DNA from: an uncultured virus (IMG/VR IMGVR_UViG_3300014913_000010)
Taxonomy: Duplodnaviria; Heunggongvirae; Uroviricota; Caudoviricetes
DNA: 64,000 bases
IMG/VR virus record: IMGVR_UViG_3300014913_000010
Strand: one strand, 5' to 3'
Shown: positions 48,857-58,534 of the stretch, one piece after another
Position numbering within the stretch: position 1 is the stretch's first letter
Layout: each line of letters starts with the position of its first letter
The notes under the pieces: generated by a model
Database searches by the model: none
Seen by the model: the letters and a program-made list of their open reading frames with translations, nothing else
What the model was told of the DNA's origin: nothing
Program-made: the position numbers and the translations under genes

Positions 48857-49153
48857 ATGAGTTATGCAATACCAAGTAGTCCAGATGAAAAGAGATGGCA
48901 AGCCAAAGAAGATGCCTGGAACTTAGCGGAAGTAGAGCGAATTAAGGAAGATCCGACAAGGCTAGCCGCGGCTCAAGCAATGGCTAAGCAGATGGCAGAT
49001 GAAGATAGTAAACGAATTGTCGCTATGAGGAAAGTAGCGCAGAAAACAACTCCTACTACCGGGTCGGCAAAAAGAGTAGTAAAGAAACCACCAAAAGGAC
49101 CGGACTCATTTACTAATGTAAAAGGTATAAGGAACCTGTTAGGTAAAATATGA
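48857..49153 (+). CDS. Hypothetical protein
   Basis: AGGAGG RBS; ATGA overlap with MuF gene. Confidence 0.65.
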   Translation: MSYAIPSSPDEKRWQAKEDAWNLAEVERIKEDPTRLAAAQAMAKQMADEDSKRIVAMRKVAQKTTPTTGSAKRVVKKPPKGPDSFTNVKGIRNLLGKI

Positions 49154-52100
49154 CTACTAAAGAAGACACAATTGCTAAGATCACTAAGCGCACTGACTCC
49201 CGGCTAGCTAAGCATATCAGTGCAGATGCCTTTAAGTTAAATAAAGCCATTACTACCTTAGAAAAGAAGATCATTGCTCAGGTGTCTTCTTTATCCACGG
49301 GAGAGAACGGCAGTCTAGTCGGCCCGAAAGTAAATCTTAAACAAGCACAGAAGATTCATGCTTCATTAGTAAAGCAGTTCGATGATATATACGGAGCCGC
49401 GGCACGCACTGCTGTTTCTGGTTATAGTACGGCGAATAGTTGGGTGCTGGAGAACTACTCCGATTTAGGACTAAGTACTACCTTTACTGACTTTGATAAG
49501 ACTATGATTGATCAATTAAGTAATCAATCAATGCTCGATTTTGTCAATATCGGAAACGATGCACGGGCGAGGGTTGAAGGCGCACTATATCAATCGATAG
49601 CGGCACAGGTTCCAATGGAAGAACTAATAGGACAGATCAGCGCTGCACTGACCGGGCAGTTTGCTCAGAATGGCAGACCACTTTCTTCTTATGCAGAACT
49701 ATATGCTAATGATGCATTGATGAACTACTACAACTCTGTTCATCTTGAAAAGGGTAGACAACTCGGTCTTGATAAGTTTTACTATTCCGGTACGATCATG
49801 GGAAACACCCGTGACTTCTGCCGCCGTAGGGTAGGCAATGTCTATACTACCGAACAGATTAATAGTTGGGACTTCTCATGGTCTGGGAAGTCCGGACCTG
49901 CAATGACTAATCGGGGAGGCTGGAATTGTCGTCACCACTGGCAACCGGTAGATGAGGAGTGGATAGATGACCCGGATAAACTACTAGGTCGATCTTGGGA
50001 AGATATGTCTATCAATGAACGCTTTGCTATGATGAAATCTCGGGGCATGGCAATGAGTCCAGATGAGAAGTTGTTTAAGAAACGACTAAACCAACTCCGC
50101 TATAATTTGAAGACTGGCAAGGACTTTAAAGTAAATAGTAATCTTGGGAAGATGTGGTACAACATACCTGATTATGAAAGAAGTAAAATAATTACGGAGT
50201 GGCAGAATGCAGGTATTAACTTCCCGGCAGATATGCTTGCTGACTTAGTAGCAGATATGCCTCCTAGTACTTTTGTGAAGATTCCCGGAACAGTAGTACC
50301 GAATGCCCCGCCACCACTACCCAAACCTCCGAAAGTAAAACCACCATCTATCAAGGTTCCAAAAGTAAAGCCTGAAGCCTCAGTAATACCGCCTTCTGAT
50401 GCTGACGTATATACAGAAGGACTTAATTGGGATGAGTTGAACCCTAAGCAAAAGAAAGATATGGGGCAGATGGGTTACAACCTAAAAGTAGGAAAGAAGT
50501 ACAACCCGGCGAGTCAACCGGCTAAGACGTGGAACTCCATGTCTTATGAAGCTCAACAGATGAAGTTGAAAGGGTGGCAGTCAAAAGGATTTGATATACC
50601 TTCTAACTTACCGATAAAAGGTGAAGGCAATGTAGCGGCGAATATAGTAAACAATGCTTATGAAGTAGTAGACGATATCGATGAGTTCAATTGGTATGCT
50701 ACTACTCCTAAAGAAGCAAGTGAGCAATTCACTAAAAAGTTTGGTTTCCAAGATGGTGCCTTTACTACTAACTATGCAACTGAAGCGGAAGGCCTGCAAG
50801 CACTTGGTGAGATAGGAGAGCATTGGGATGGTGTAGTAGCACGTCATTCCAAGTTAGAAGGCATTATCAATTTAGCGGAGCAGAATAAAACTGGTAAGCA
50901 TGTACTTATTAATAACTCTAAGATGGTAGGTAATGGGGCGGCAGGAGTTTATGACGATGCAGGCCATACTTTACAACTAGCCGGGCAGTTAAAGAAGACC
51001 GGGACAATCCATATAGGTGAAGGCGGCTTTTCTGTCGCTAGTGATTTTGCTTCTGTTAGTAGGCATGAGTTTGGTCATTACATAGATAATACACTGCGGC
51101 AGATGCAGGACTGGCCTTCTAGATCATCTACTAAGTACTTAGGGTGGAATCATCAAACCGAATGGAGAACATTATACAAAAAACACCAAAGCAACTGGAA
51201 GACATTACTTGGGGAGTACTCATCACAAGATAAGTATGAGGGATTCGCAGAAGCTTTCTGTGCATATACTTCCCCAGACTATAAGGTTGGTATGCTTCCT
51301 AAAGATATTGAGGGGTACCTTAAAAAACTATTAGGCGGTAAAGTTAAGGTAGTAGTTCCTCCAAAACCTACTACAGTCAAAACAACAATACGTCTATTTG
51401 CTGACCCCGATAATCAAAAGACCTATGATGACTTATATGCTCACTACAAGAATCTCGGTCTTACTGAAATTGAACTACAAGAAGAATTACGAAATAGGTG
51501 TCCTGCGGTGTTTGATGCATTGAAGTCGTGGCAGGGAAGTACTCAAAGTGCATCTCCTTCTGCACTTAAATTGAAAGCGGAACTTTTGGAAGCTAGGGAC
51601 GATATAAAGTTCTTTGCTAGTAAGGGTAGTACTTTTGACATGGATCGTTTGAGAAGGGCCGCTGATAATATACCCGATGAGGAGTACATTAGGATTCGGG
51701 CATTCAATCAGGAGTACTTCGCAAGAACTAATACTAAGACTATCAAATTGAAACGTGGAACGGATGGGCAGAACTCCGGGCCTGCTTTCGCTAGAAAAGT
51801 AAACACTGTCAAGGCCGAGTATGACCCGAAGGACTGGAATAAAATAGATGTTGAGATTCGGGAGCCTGCACTTAATGGATGGTCTACTAATCTTAGAACA
51901 GCAGATAACTTTGGATCATCTGGTGGCGGCATTACTACTACTTCCAATGTACCAGTAGAAGATGTTTTCTGCTCCGATAAGTTGTGGCCTAAGTATCGTT
52001 ATAAAGGCGAGAAAGAATGGATCATTATTAGATCGGAAAAACAAACTTACAAACTATCAGAGATTTCGTCTGGGTTTAAAGATACCGCGGCAGCAACAGC

Positions 52101-52821
52101 AACTGCTACCCCTGCACCCCCGGTATGGAAGGTTCCGCAAAAGGTAGTAGATCAAATTGATGCTCTGCCCAGTATTATAGAAGAAGAAGTACCAGAAGCG
52201 ATATCTTTATATATACAAAAGATACCGAAGTGGCAGACATTAGATAAGGATGAGATAGTAGAGAAGTTAACTAAGAAATATCAAGCGATTCAAAAAGCAC
52301 TCAATACAGATGAATTGCCTTATATGTTCCCCGGCAAGAAGGTAGGACAAGATACTGTTGATGTGATGAAGGAAGTAGTCAACACACTTAATAATACAGA
52401 AGGTCACTCGATATGGGTGAAAGCAGTAGAAGAATTTGACCCTGTACTATTCGATGGTTTCTCCCTTGACCCGGTAGTAAAGGCAGGCAAGGGATTAAGT
52501 AAGTCAAAGTACAATATAGTAAGTGGTGCAAAAAAACTACCAGAAGTAATCGACAGTACGGAAGAACTTAAAACTATGACTGTGAAAGTACTTGACAGTT
52601 ATGACTATACGGCCATACCAGATTATGAGATAAAGGATCTTCTAGGAACAGATATACTCATCTGGGATAGTACTGCCGGGGATTTGAAAATACTCGGTCA
52701 CACTATTACTTATGATGCCAAGGATGAGTTCATTAGTTTGTTGAATACTATTGAGGACGCAATACAACCAGATGTTGACTTCACTAAATTAGTAGAAGCA
52801 ACCAAACTCAAATACTTTTAG
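49150..52821 (+). CDS. MuF/gp7-like minor head protein with metallopeptidase and ADP-ribosyltransferase-like C-terminal domains
   Basis: TRDFC...GGWNCRHHW (MuF); Pro-rich linkers; HEFGH.ID...EGFAEAF; LKRG...WSTN...EKE. Confidence 0.75.
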   Translation: MTTKEDTIAKITKRTDSRLAKHISADAFKLNKAITTLEKKIIAQVSSLSTGENGSLVGPKVNLKQAQKIHASLVKQFDDIYGAAARTAVSGYSTANSWVLENYSDLGLSTTFTDFDKTMIDQLSNQSMLDFVNIGNDARARVEGALYQSIAAQVPMEELIGQISAALTGQFAQNGRPLSSYAELYANDALMNYYNSVHLEKGRQLGLDKFYYSGTIMGNTRDFCRRRVGNVYTTEQINSWDFSWSGKSGPAMTNRGGWNCRHHWQPVDEEWIDDPDKLLGRSWEDMSINERFAMMKSRGMAMSPDEKLFKKRLNQLRYNLKTGKDFKVNSNLGKMWYNIPDYERSKIITEWQNAGINFPADMLADLVADMPPSTFVKIPGTVVPNAPPPLPKPPKVKPPSIKVPKVKPEASVIPPSDADVYTEGLNWDELNPKQKKDMGQMGYNLKVGKKYNPASQPAKTWNSMSYEAQQMKLKGWQSKGFDIPSNLPIKGEGNVAANIVNNAYEVVDDIDEFNWYATTPKEASEQFTKKFGFQDGAFTTNYATEAEGLQALGEIGEHWDGVVARHSKLEGIINLAEQNKTGKHVLINNSKMVGNGAAGVYDDAGHTLQLAGQLKKTGTIHIGEGGFSVASDFASVSRHEFGHYIDNTLRQMQDWPSRSSTKYLGWNHQTEWRTLYKKHQSNWKTLLGEYSSQDKYEGFAEAFCAYTSPDYKVGMLPKDIEGYLKKLLGGKVKVVVPPKPTTVKTTIRLFADPDNQKTYDDLYAHYKNLGLTEIELQEELRNRCPAVFDALKSWQGSTQSASPSALKLKAELLEARDDIKFFASKGSTFDMDRLRRAADNIPDEEYIRIRAFNQEYFARTNTKTIKLKRGTDGQNSGPAFARKVNTVKAEYDPKDWNKIDVEIREPALNGWSTNLRTADNFGSSGGGITTTSNVPVEDVFCSDKLWPKYRYKGEKEWIIIRSEKQTYKLSEISSGFKDTAAATATATPAPPVWKVPQKVVDQIDALPSIIEEEVPEAISLYIQKIPKWQTLDKDEIVEKLTKKYQAIQKALNTDELPYMFPGKKVGQDTVDVMKEVVNTLNNTEGHSIWVKAVEEFDPVLFDGFSLDPVVKAGKGLSKSKYNIVSGAKKLPEVIDSTEELKTMTVKVLDSYDYTAIPDYEIKDLLGTDILIWDSTAGDLKILGHTITYDAKDEFISLLNTIEDAIQPDVDFTKLVEATKLKYF

Positions 52822-52829
52822 TAGAGGTA

Positions 52830-53245
52830 GTGATGCCTGATTTATTTAGTAAACCCAAATATCCGAAATTGTACTACAAGCAGAATGCTCAAGATTCTGA
52901 TTGGCTTATGGCGTCTCGTTTAAAGAAGATAGTAGACGCAGGCGGCCCGGAGGCTAAAGAAGCCCAGAAAGAATTAAATCGGATGGAAGAGACAGAGTTA
53001 GTTTATTGGAGGGATCTACTATAATGTTGATTGAACCGAAATGTTATAAAAGAAGATGTAAGTATTATAATGGTGTATATATGAGGGTTGAGGGTAATGA
53101 GGCTTCGGAAATCCATATCTGTAAAGCGTTTCCCGAGGGCATACCTTTTGATATAGCATATGGTAGTAATCCCCATATAGAAGTCCATCCATATCAGGAC
53201 GACCCGAAGGGCTTGACATATAAGGAAAAATCTAAATATGCATAA
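52830..53245 (+). CDS. Two small proteins downstream of MuF (52830-53024; 53024-53245, with CKAFPEGIP)
   Basis: RBS and TAATG coupling. Confidence 0.6.
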
Positions 53246-53407
53246 TAGGTTTTTTTCTCTTGAAAAACTTTTTTAAAAAGTATATCATATGGGTGTTTAG
53301 TTTCATTTTTATTATGGTACTTCGGACGAAGTATATAATAAGTACTTTGTAAGAAGCCTGCCGGACGGCACAACTTAAAACGACCCCGGACGGGGCAAGG
53401 AGGCACG

Positions 53408-54277
53408 ATGTTTGTAAAATTGGCAGTAGACGAAAATGGAGCAGTAAAAGTTACCGAAGACGGGAAACCCTTGTACTTAAATGATAAGAATGAGGAAGTG
53501 GCCGTTGATCCCCCCGCCATGTACCAAAAGATTTTGGACTTGGGGGCTGAAAGTAAAAAGTTTCGCGAATCTGCAGAAGGTGTAACCGGGAAGTACTCGG
53601 CCTTGGAAAAGATCGAGGACTTTGATGCATGGTATGAGAAAGCCACGCAGGCCTTGGAACAGGTGGACAACTTCAACGAGAAGGATTGGCTCGATGTAAA
53701 GAAAGTAGACGCCATGAAACTCCAGATGAAAGAAGCCCATACCAAGGAACTCGGTCAGATCAAGACGCAGTTCGAAAGTACTATCGCTGAGCAGGTAGAT
53801 ACGCTCGGAAAGAAAGATGCCCAGATCAGGAAACTGGTAGTTAGTAATCGATTCTCAAGTAGTCCTTTGTTTTCGGGGCAAGCCCCCAAGACTACTATGA
53901 CACCGGAAGTAGCAGAAGCATTCTTTGGTCATCACTTCCAGGTGCAGGACGATGAAAACACGGGGCAACCGATGGTACGAACCTTCTTTACTAATGGTGA
54001 CGTGGTTTACTCCGCATCCCCGGAACGTGTAGGGGAACCGGCTACCTTTGATGAAGGTATGCAGATCATTTTTGATCAGTACCCAAATAGGGATCAGTAC
54101 TTGAGAAGTAAATCAGGTAGTGGTGCTCGGGGCGGCGCTGGTGGGGATGAACCGACTACTGACATTGCCAAACTACGGGCTGAGTACGCAGAAGCAGAGA
54201 AGAATAGGGACACGGCTAAAATGATCTCACTAAAAAACAAGATCACTGTCTTACAGCAAACCGGTAAGGCGGCGTAG
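53408..54277 (+). CDS. Capsid scaffolding protein
   Basis: Helical/coiled-coil protein directly before the major capsid gene; GSGARGG near the C-terminus. Confidence 0.7.
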   Translation: MFVKLAVDENGAVKVTEDGKPLYLNDKNEEVAVDPPAMYQKILDLGAESKKFRESAEGVTGKYSALEKIEDFDAWYEKATQALEQVDNFNEKDWLDVKKVDAMKLQMKEAHTKELGQIKTQFESTIAEQVDTLGKKDAQIRKLVVSNRFSSSPLFSGQAPKTTMTPEVAEAFFGHHFQVQDDENTGQPMVRTFFTNGDVVYSASPERVGEPATFDEGMQIIFDQYPNRDQYLRSKSGSGARGGAGGDEPTTDIAKLRAEYAEAEKNRDTAKMISLKNKITVLQQTGKAA

Positions 54278-54341
54278 TAGTCCTTTACTTCTCTATTGTA
54301 TCGAATCATTTACTTACTACTAATAAAGAGGAGTAAACAAA

Positions 54342-55304
54342 ATGGCAAACACATCAGCGGCGGCAACAGTATGGAATTGCCCGAACTATACCGGTGAACT
54401 TTATCTCATCGGTGCAAATAAAACCCCTTTCCTTAACATGATTGGTGGCTTGTCCGGTGGCCGTGTTCGCACGGTTGCTGACTTTCAGTTTCCCTTGGCT
54501 CAGCCTTGGGCATTGGAAGCCGCATCCCAACCCAACATTACGGAGACTGCTTCACTTACTGCTCCCACTGCACTTACTTATGTTCGTGGGCAGGACGTGA
54601 ATACTTGCCAAATCTGGCAGAGACGAGTTTCCGTGTCCTATGCCAAACAGTCCGTTACCGGGCAGATTACTGCTGACGCTACTACCGGGTTAGTAGATGG
54701 TACGGATCTTCAGCCGGTACAGAACGAGAAGGACTTCCAGATCAATGCCCATATGCGCCAGATCGCCGTGGACGTTGACTATACCTTCTTGAACGGTGCC
54801 TATGTCCAGACCACTGCCGCTAACGTTGCGGCCCGTACCCGTGGTATCATCACCGGAGCAACTACTAATACGGTTGCTGCGGGAGCCGCGACTCTGGACA
54901 AAGTACTTATCGACACACTGCTTAGAACAATGGCTACTAACGGTTCTGAATTTCTGAACCCGGTCATCTTCTGCGGTGCCTACCAGAAACAGCGTTTCAG
55001 TTCCATTTACGGATATGCTCCCGAAGACAGAAATGTCGGTGGAGTAAACATCAAACAGATCGAAACCGACTTTGCAATTCTCGGTATCGTATGGGCTCCT
55101 AATGTTCCAGCCGGTTCGTTGCTGATAGCAGACCTGGCCTTCTGTTCTCCGGTGTTCCTGCCTGTTCCTGAAAAGGGAGTACTTTTTTATGAGGAACTCG
55201 CAAAAAGCGGTGCATCCGAAGATGGACAGATCTATGCCCAACTCGGTCTTGACTATGGCCCGGAAGAAATGCACGGAACCATTACCGGACTTGCCACTTC
55301 CTAA
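54342..55304 (+). CDS. Major capsid protein
   Basis: 320 aa; TPFL.MIG, N.CQI, RTRGI, IETDFA, EELAKSG...GQIY. Confidence 0.85.
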   Translation: MANTSAAATVWNCPNYTGELYLIGANKTPFLNMIGGLSGGRVRTVADFQFPLAQPWALEAASQPNITETASLTAPTALTYVRGQDVNTCQIWQRRVSVSYAKQSVTGQITADATTGLVDGTDLQPVQNEKDFQINAHMRQIAVDVDYTFLNGAYVQTTAANVAARTRGIITGATTNTVAAGAATLDKVLIDTLLRTMATNGSEFLNPVIFCGAYQKQRFSSIYGYAPEDRNVGGVNIKQIETDFAILGIVWAPNVPAGSLLIADLAFCSPVFLPVPEKGVLFYEELAKSGASEDGQIYAQLGLDYGPEEMHGTITGLATS

Positions 55305-55373
55305 TCCGGCTTTATGAGTAAGTTGTAGTAGTACTCGCATAACAACTACACTCACTGAAAAAGGAGGTTTCAA

Positions 55374-55526
55374 ATGGCGAGTAAAAAAGAAGCACAGGAA
55401 AGACGGGACTTAGCAAAGAATCCCGGTCATCACCCTCTTGAACGCCGAGTACTTCAGCAGACCATCGCTACCGGCGTTTATGGGACTACTTCTACTTCCA
55501 CTACTACTACGACAACCACAACCTAG
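55374..55526 (+). CDS. 50-aa protein with C-terminal poly-Thr tail
   Basis: AAGGAGG RBS; MASKKEAQERR...VYGTTSTSTTTTTTTT. Confidence 0.7.
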   Translation: MASKKEAQERRDLAKNPGHHPLERRVLQQTIATGVYGTTSTSTTTTTTTT

Positions 55527-55561
55527 TAGGGGATCGTAGGAAGCATTAAAGGAGAAAGCAG

Positions 55562-56011
55562 ATGAGATTCTATCAAGGACTACTCCCAGCAGTACAGTGG
55601 GATAAAGAGGTTGGTGCTCCGAAGTGTGAATTTAAAAAGGGAGTACTCGACACCGATGATGAGGAACTTATTAACTTCCTGTTAGATAAAGGTTACCTCG
55701 TTCAGAAAGATGTTGATGTACTTGTAGCCGGTGGGAACTTGGATCATGGAGGCTTTGAACCACAAGAGCCTTCTGACAAGGACTTACCATCCGGCCGTCC
55801 TCCGATGGACAACCCAGAAATGGCGCAGGGTGGCGGTGTAATACCGGCGACACGTCCAGTACTAACGGATAACTTGCCAGTAAGCGAGCAGGCAGAAATC
55901 AACAGTACAGTAGTTGATACTACCCCGGTGCAGAAGCGAAAAACTACTCCTGTCCCTAAGGAAGCAAAAAAGCCTAAACGCAAATTGAATCGAGGTAGCA
56001 CAAAGAAGTAG
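55562..56011 (+). CDS. Hypothetical head-region protein
   Basis: AAGGAG RBS; position. Confidence 0.6.
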   Translation: MRFYQGLLPAVQWDKEVGAPKCEFKKGVLDTDDEELINFLLDKGYLVQKDVDVLVAGGNLDHGGFEPQEPSDKDLPSGRPPMDNPEMAQGGGVIPATRPVLTDNLPVSEQAEINSTVVDTTPVQKRKTTPVPKEAKKPKRKLNRGSTKK

Positions 56012-56020
56012 AGGTGATGG

Positions 56021-56470
56021 ATGACTTTGTACTATCATACTGAAGATGACTTGGTGGAAGTTCGGCCCGATATACTTTCCTATGGAGCCTCAGACCTTGA
56101 GCCTCAAATGCTTGAAGGCGAGTCCATTATAAATAGAACTATTGAATCTCGATGGTATCGAGCGGCGGCGGCAGAGAATGGTCTCAATTTTCATACTACC
56201 GTTTTCAACCCCGCTTTACTACTCAATGCTGACGACCAGTTGAAACGTCTTGCAGTGTATAAGTCGTTACAACTATCTTACTTATACTTAATGAAGGAAG
56301 CGCCTGAGCCTGATGCATTCGAAAGGCAGATGAGCACCTTTAGAAAATTGTATGAGGAAGAACTACAGTTAGTACTGGGAGCAGGCCTTGACTACGACTG
56401 GGATGAAAGTGGTGCTATAGAAGCAGGAGAGAATTTACAGCCGACCTACCGCCGTTTACAAAGGTGTTAG
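56021..56470 (+). CDS. Head-tail adaptor
   Basis: Size, position and helical character. Confidence 0.55.
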   Translation: MTLYYHTEDDLVEVRPDILSYGASDLEPQMLEGESIINRTIESRWYRAAAAENGLNFHTTVFNPALLLNADDQLKRLAVYKSLQLSYLYLMKEAPEPDAFERQMSTFRKLYEEELQLVLGAGLDYDWDESGAIEAGENLQPTYRRLQRC

Positions 56471-56473
56471 TAA

Positions 56474-56956
56474 ATGGCAACTAATAAGGTAGAGATCCGC
56501 GGTGTAGAAAGTTTGCGTCGTGTCTTGAAGAGAACTGCCGATGGCATTGTTACTAGCGACGTGCTGGGAAAGATCGGTACGTACTTAACTTTCAGCATTA
56601 AGCAACGTGTGCAGGAAGGTAGTAAAGATGTTTTTGGAAGGCCTTTAGATCCTTATGTTCCAGCCTATAAGTTGTGGAGGGTGGAGAACAAATATGGAGC
56701 AGGAGTAGATTTAACACTTACTGGCTCTATGTTTGCCGCCCTAACCCACACTACTACCCCTGATAAAGTCACCATCTTCTTTATGCCCGGCGAAGGCAGG
56801 ACAGTTCGCCCCGGTGCAAAGAAAGTTCAGAACCCAGCCAAAGCCTTTTACTTACAGGAGAAACGTAAATTCTTCGGTTATACTGAAGAAGATGTAATTA
56901 AAATTATGCACTTGTATAATGTGCATTTAGGGGAGGTTGTCAAACGTGGCGGCTAA
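56474..56956 (+). CDS. Neck / virion morphogenesis protein
   Basis: VDLTLTGSM, KRKFFG; position. Confidence 0.6.
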   Translation: MATNKVEIRGVESLRRVLKRTADGIVTSDVLGKIGTYLTFSIKQRVQEGSKDVFGRPLDPYVPAYKLWRVENKYGAGVDLTLTGSMFAALTHTTTPDKVTIFFMPGEGRTVRPGAKKVQNPAKAFYLQEKRKFFGYTEEDVIKIMHLYNVHLGEVVKRGG

Positions 56957-57404
56957 TAGTAAACGAGAAAACATACTTGTTGCCTTCAAAGCATTACTTG
57001 AAGGACTACCGTCTGTTAAAAAAGTAGATAGACGCCAACCCACCTCACCTGAGGATCTTCGTCGTGTTGCCGGGACACAGATGCCTATGGTAGCAATGAT
57101 AGGCGGTGTACCACAACCAAAAGAGCATATTTCTGGTCGTGGCCCCGGAGGGGTAGATGTAGTAATTAGTAATCTAAGTGTAGCACTGTTTGTTTACTTC
57201 ATGGACAACGCTACCGCTGATAGTACTTTGTCTGATATTATGGATGATGTATGGGCAAAAGTATACAGTGATCAGACGCTTGGATTTAAGTACGTAACTC
57301 AAATTACTATCTCTCCTAATACGGAGGTTGCTGTGTGGGAGCCTTATGTAGCCTTTTCAATGAACATAAAAATAACTTACCATCATACAACAGGAGGAAT
57401 TTGA
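56946..57404 (+). CDS. Tail terminator / tail completion protein
   Basis: Position before the tail tube; SKRENIL N-terminus. Confidence 0.55.
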   Translation: MAANSKRENILVAFKALLEGLPSVKKVDRRQPTSPEDLRRVAGTQMPMVAMIGGVPQPKEHISGRGPGGVDVVISNLSVALFVYFMDNATADSTLSDIMDDVWAKVYSDQTLGFKYVTQITISPNTEVAVWEPYVAFSMNIKITYHHTTGGI

Positions 57405-57405
57405 A

Positions 57406-57957
57406 ATGCCTCAGCCTTCAAGTACTAATAACCTTGCAATTGGAAAAGGAATACTTTCCATTGCATTGTGGGCAGGCGGTAGTATTGGCTCTTATGAAGA
57501 TATGGGGAATGTTAACTCCCTTGAAATTGAGCCAACACTGGAACGCCTTCCCCACTACTCTTCCCGGTCGGGCTTTCGGACGAAAGACAAAAACCCGATT
57601 ATTCAAACGGAGTATGTACTTAACTTCGTTGCGGAGGAGATTGCGGCAGCAAACCTGAATCGCTTCCTACTCGGTTCTTTGCAGAATGCTACTACCGTCT
57701 TAGGCCTGATGGGTACTAATGCGGAATATGCTTGCCGTTTTATTTCTGATAATCCTTTGGGACCTAATCAGACGTGGGACTTCTGGAAGTTGACTTTATC
57801 CCCGAATGGCGCAATGCAACTGATTGGAGAGGAGTGGATGAGTATGAGTTTTACCGGTGAAGGTCTCGCAGATACCGGTGGACACCCGACTTCTCCATAC
57901 TTCACGGTAGTAACAACCGAGAACACGTCTACTACTACTACCACGACCACTACTTAA
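57406..57957 (+). CDS. Major tail tube protein with C-terminal poly-Thr tail
   Basis: IGKG, DMGNV..LEI, HYSSRSG.R.KD; ends NTSTTTTTTT. Confidence 0.75.
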   Translation: MPQPSSTNNLAIGKGILSIALWAGGSIGSYEDMGNVNSLEIEPTLERLPHYSSRSGFRTKDKNPIIQTEYVLNFVAEEIAAANLNRFLLGSLQNATTVLGLMGTNAEYACRFISDNPLGPNQTWDFWKLTLSPNGAMQLIGEEWMSMSFTGEGLADTGGHPTSPYFTVVTTENTSTTTTTTTT

Positions 57958-57998
57958 TACTAACCTTTAATCTGAACTGAATTGAAAGGAGATGTTAG

Positions 57999-58534
57999 AT
58001 GAGGGTGAGGAAAACTATCAAGATTGACAAGGATGAATATGTCATCCGTGAGTTGTCCTTACGGCAGATTATTGACTACTTTCAAGAACTTACTAATGCC
58101 GATAAGGAAGAAGAAGAAACTACGGATACATTAGGCTTTTTTCAAAAAGAGATTCAAGCCCTGTTGGACCTTGCCTTGGAGGGTGATTATAAAGTCGAAG
58201 ACCTTATAGACCTTGCTCCAAGTGAATTGAAACTACTTTATGATGAATTTAAGGAAGTAAATAAAGTTTTTTTCGACACAGCCGCTCAGATAGGAGTCAC
58301 GGAAGTGATGGAGGAGATCAGGTTGACGATCCAATCCGAATTTTCCGGTCTGCTTGTGAACTCGTCGAAAGCGGCCATCACGAGGTCTTTGACTACGGAT
58401 TCTCCTACTTCATAGCCGCGCTTAACGAGCATAAGCGCATTGAACATTTCCAATTACAACAAAACGCGCTCGCCTACCGAGTTGCCCGAAACGCTTCAGA
58501 TAAGAAGTGGGGGCAATTTATGAAAGGTGTATAA
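57999..58534 (+). CDS. Tail assembly chaperone (57999-58415) with a -1 frameshift extension to 58534
   Basis: Between tube and tape measure; -1 frame open from about 58265 to TAA at 58532-58534. Confidence 0.7.

Noticed and set aside
54690..55373. 227-aa minus-strand ORF, and similar antisense ORFs such as 53194-53745 and 19962-20513
   Set aside because: They overlap well-supported genes on the opposite strand and have no recognisable motifs.
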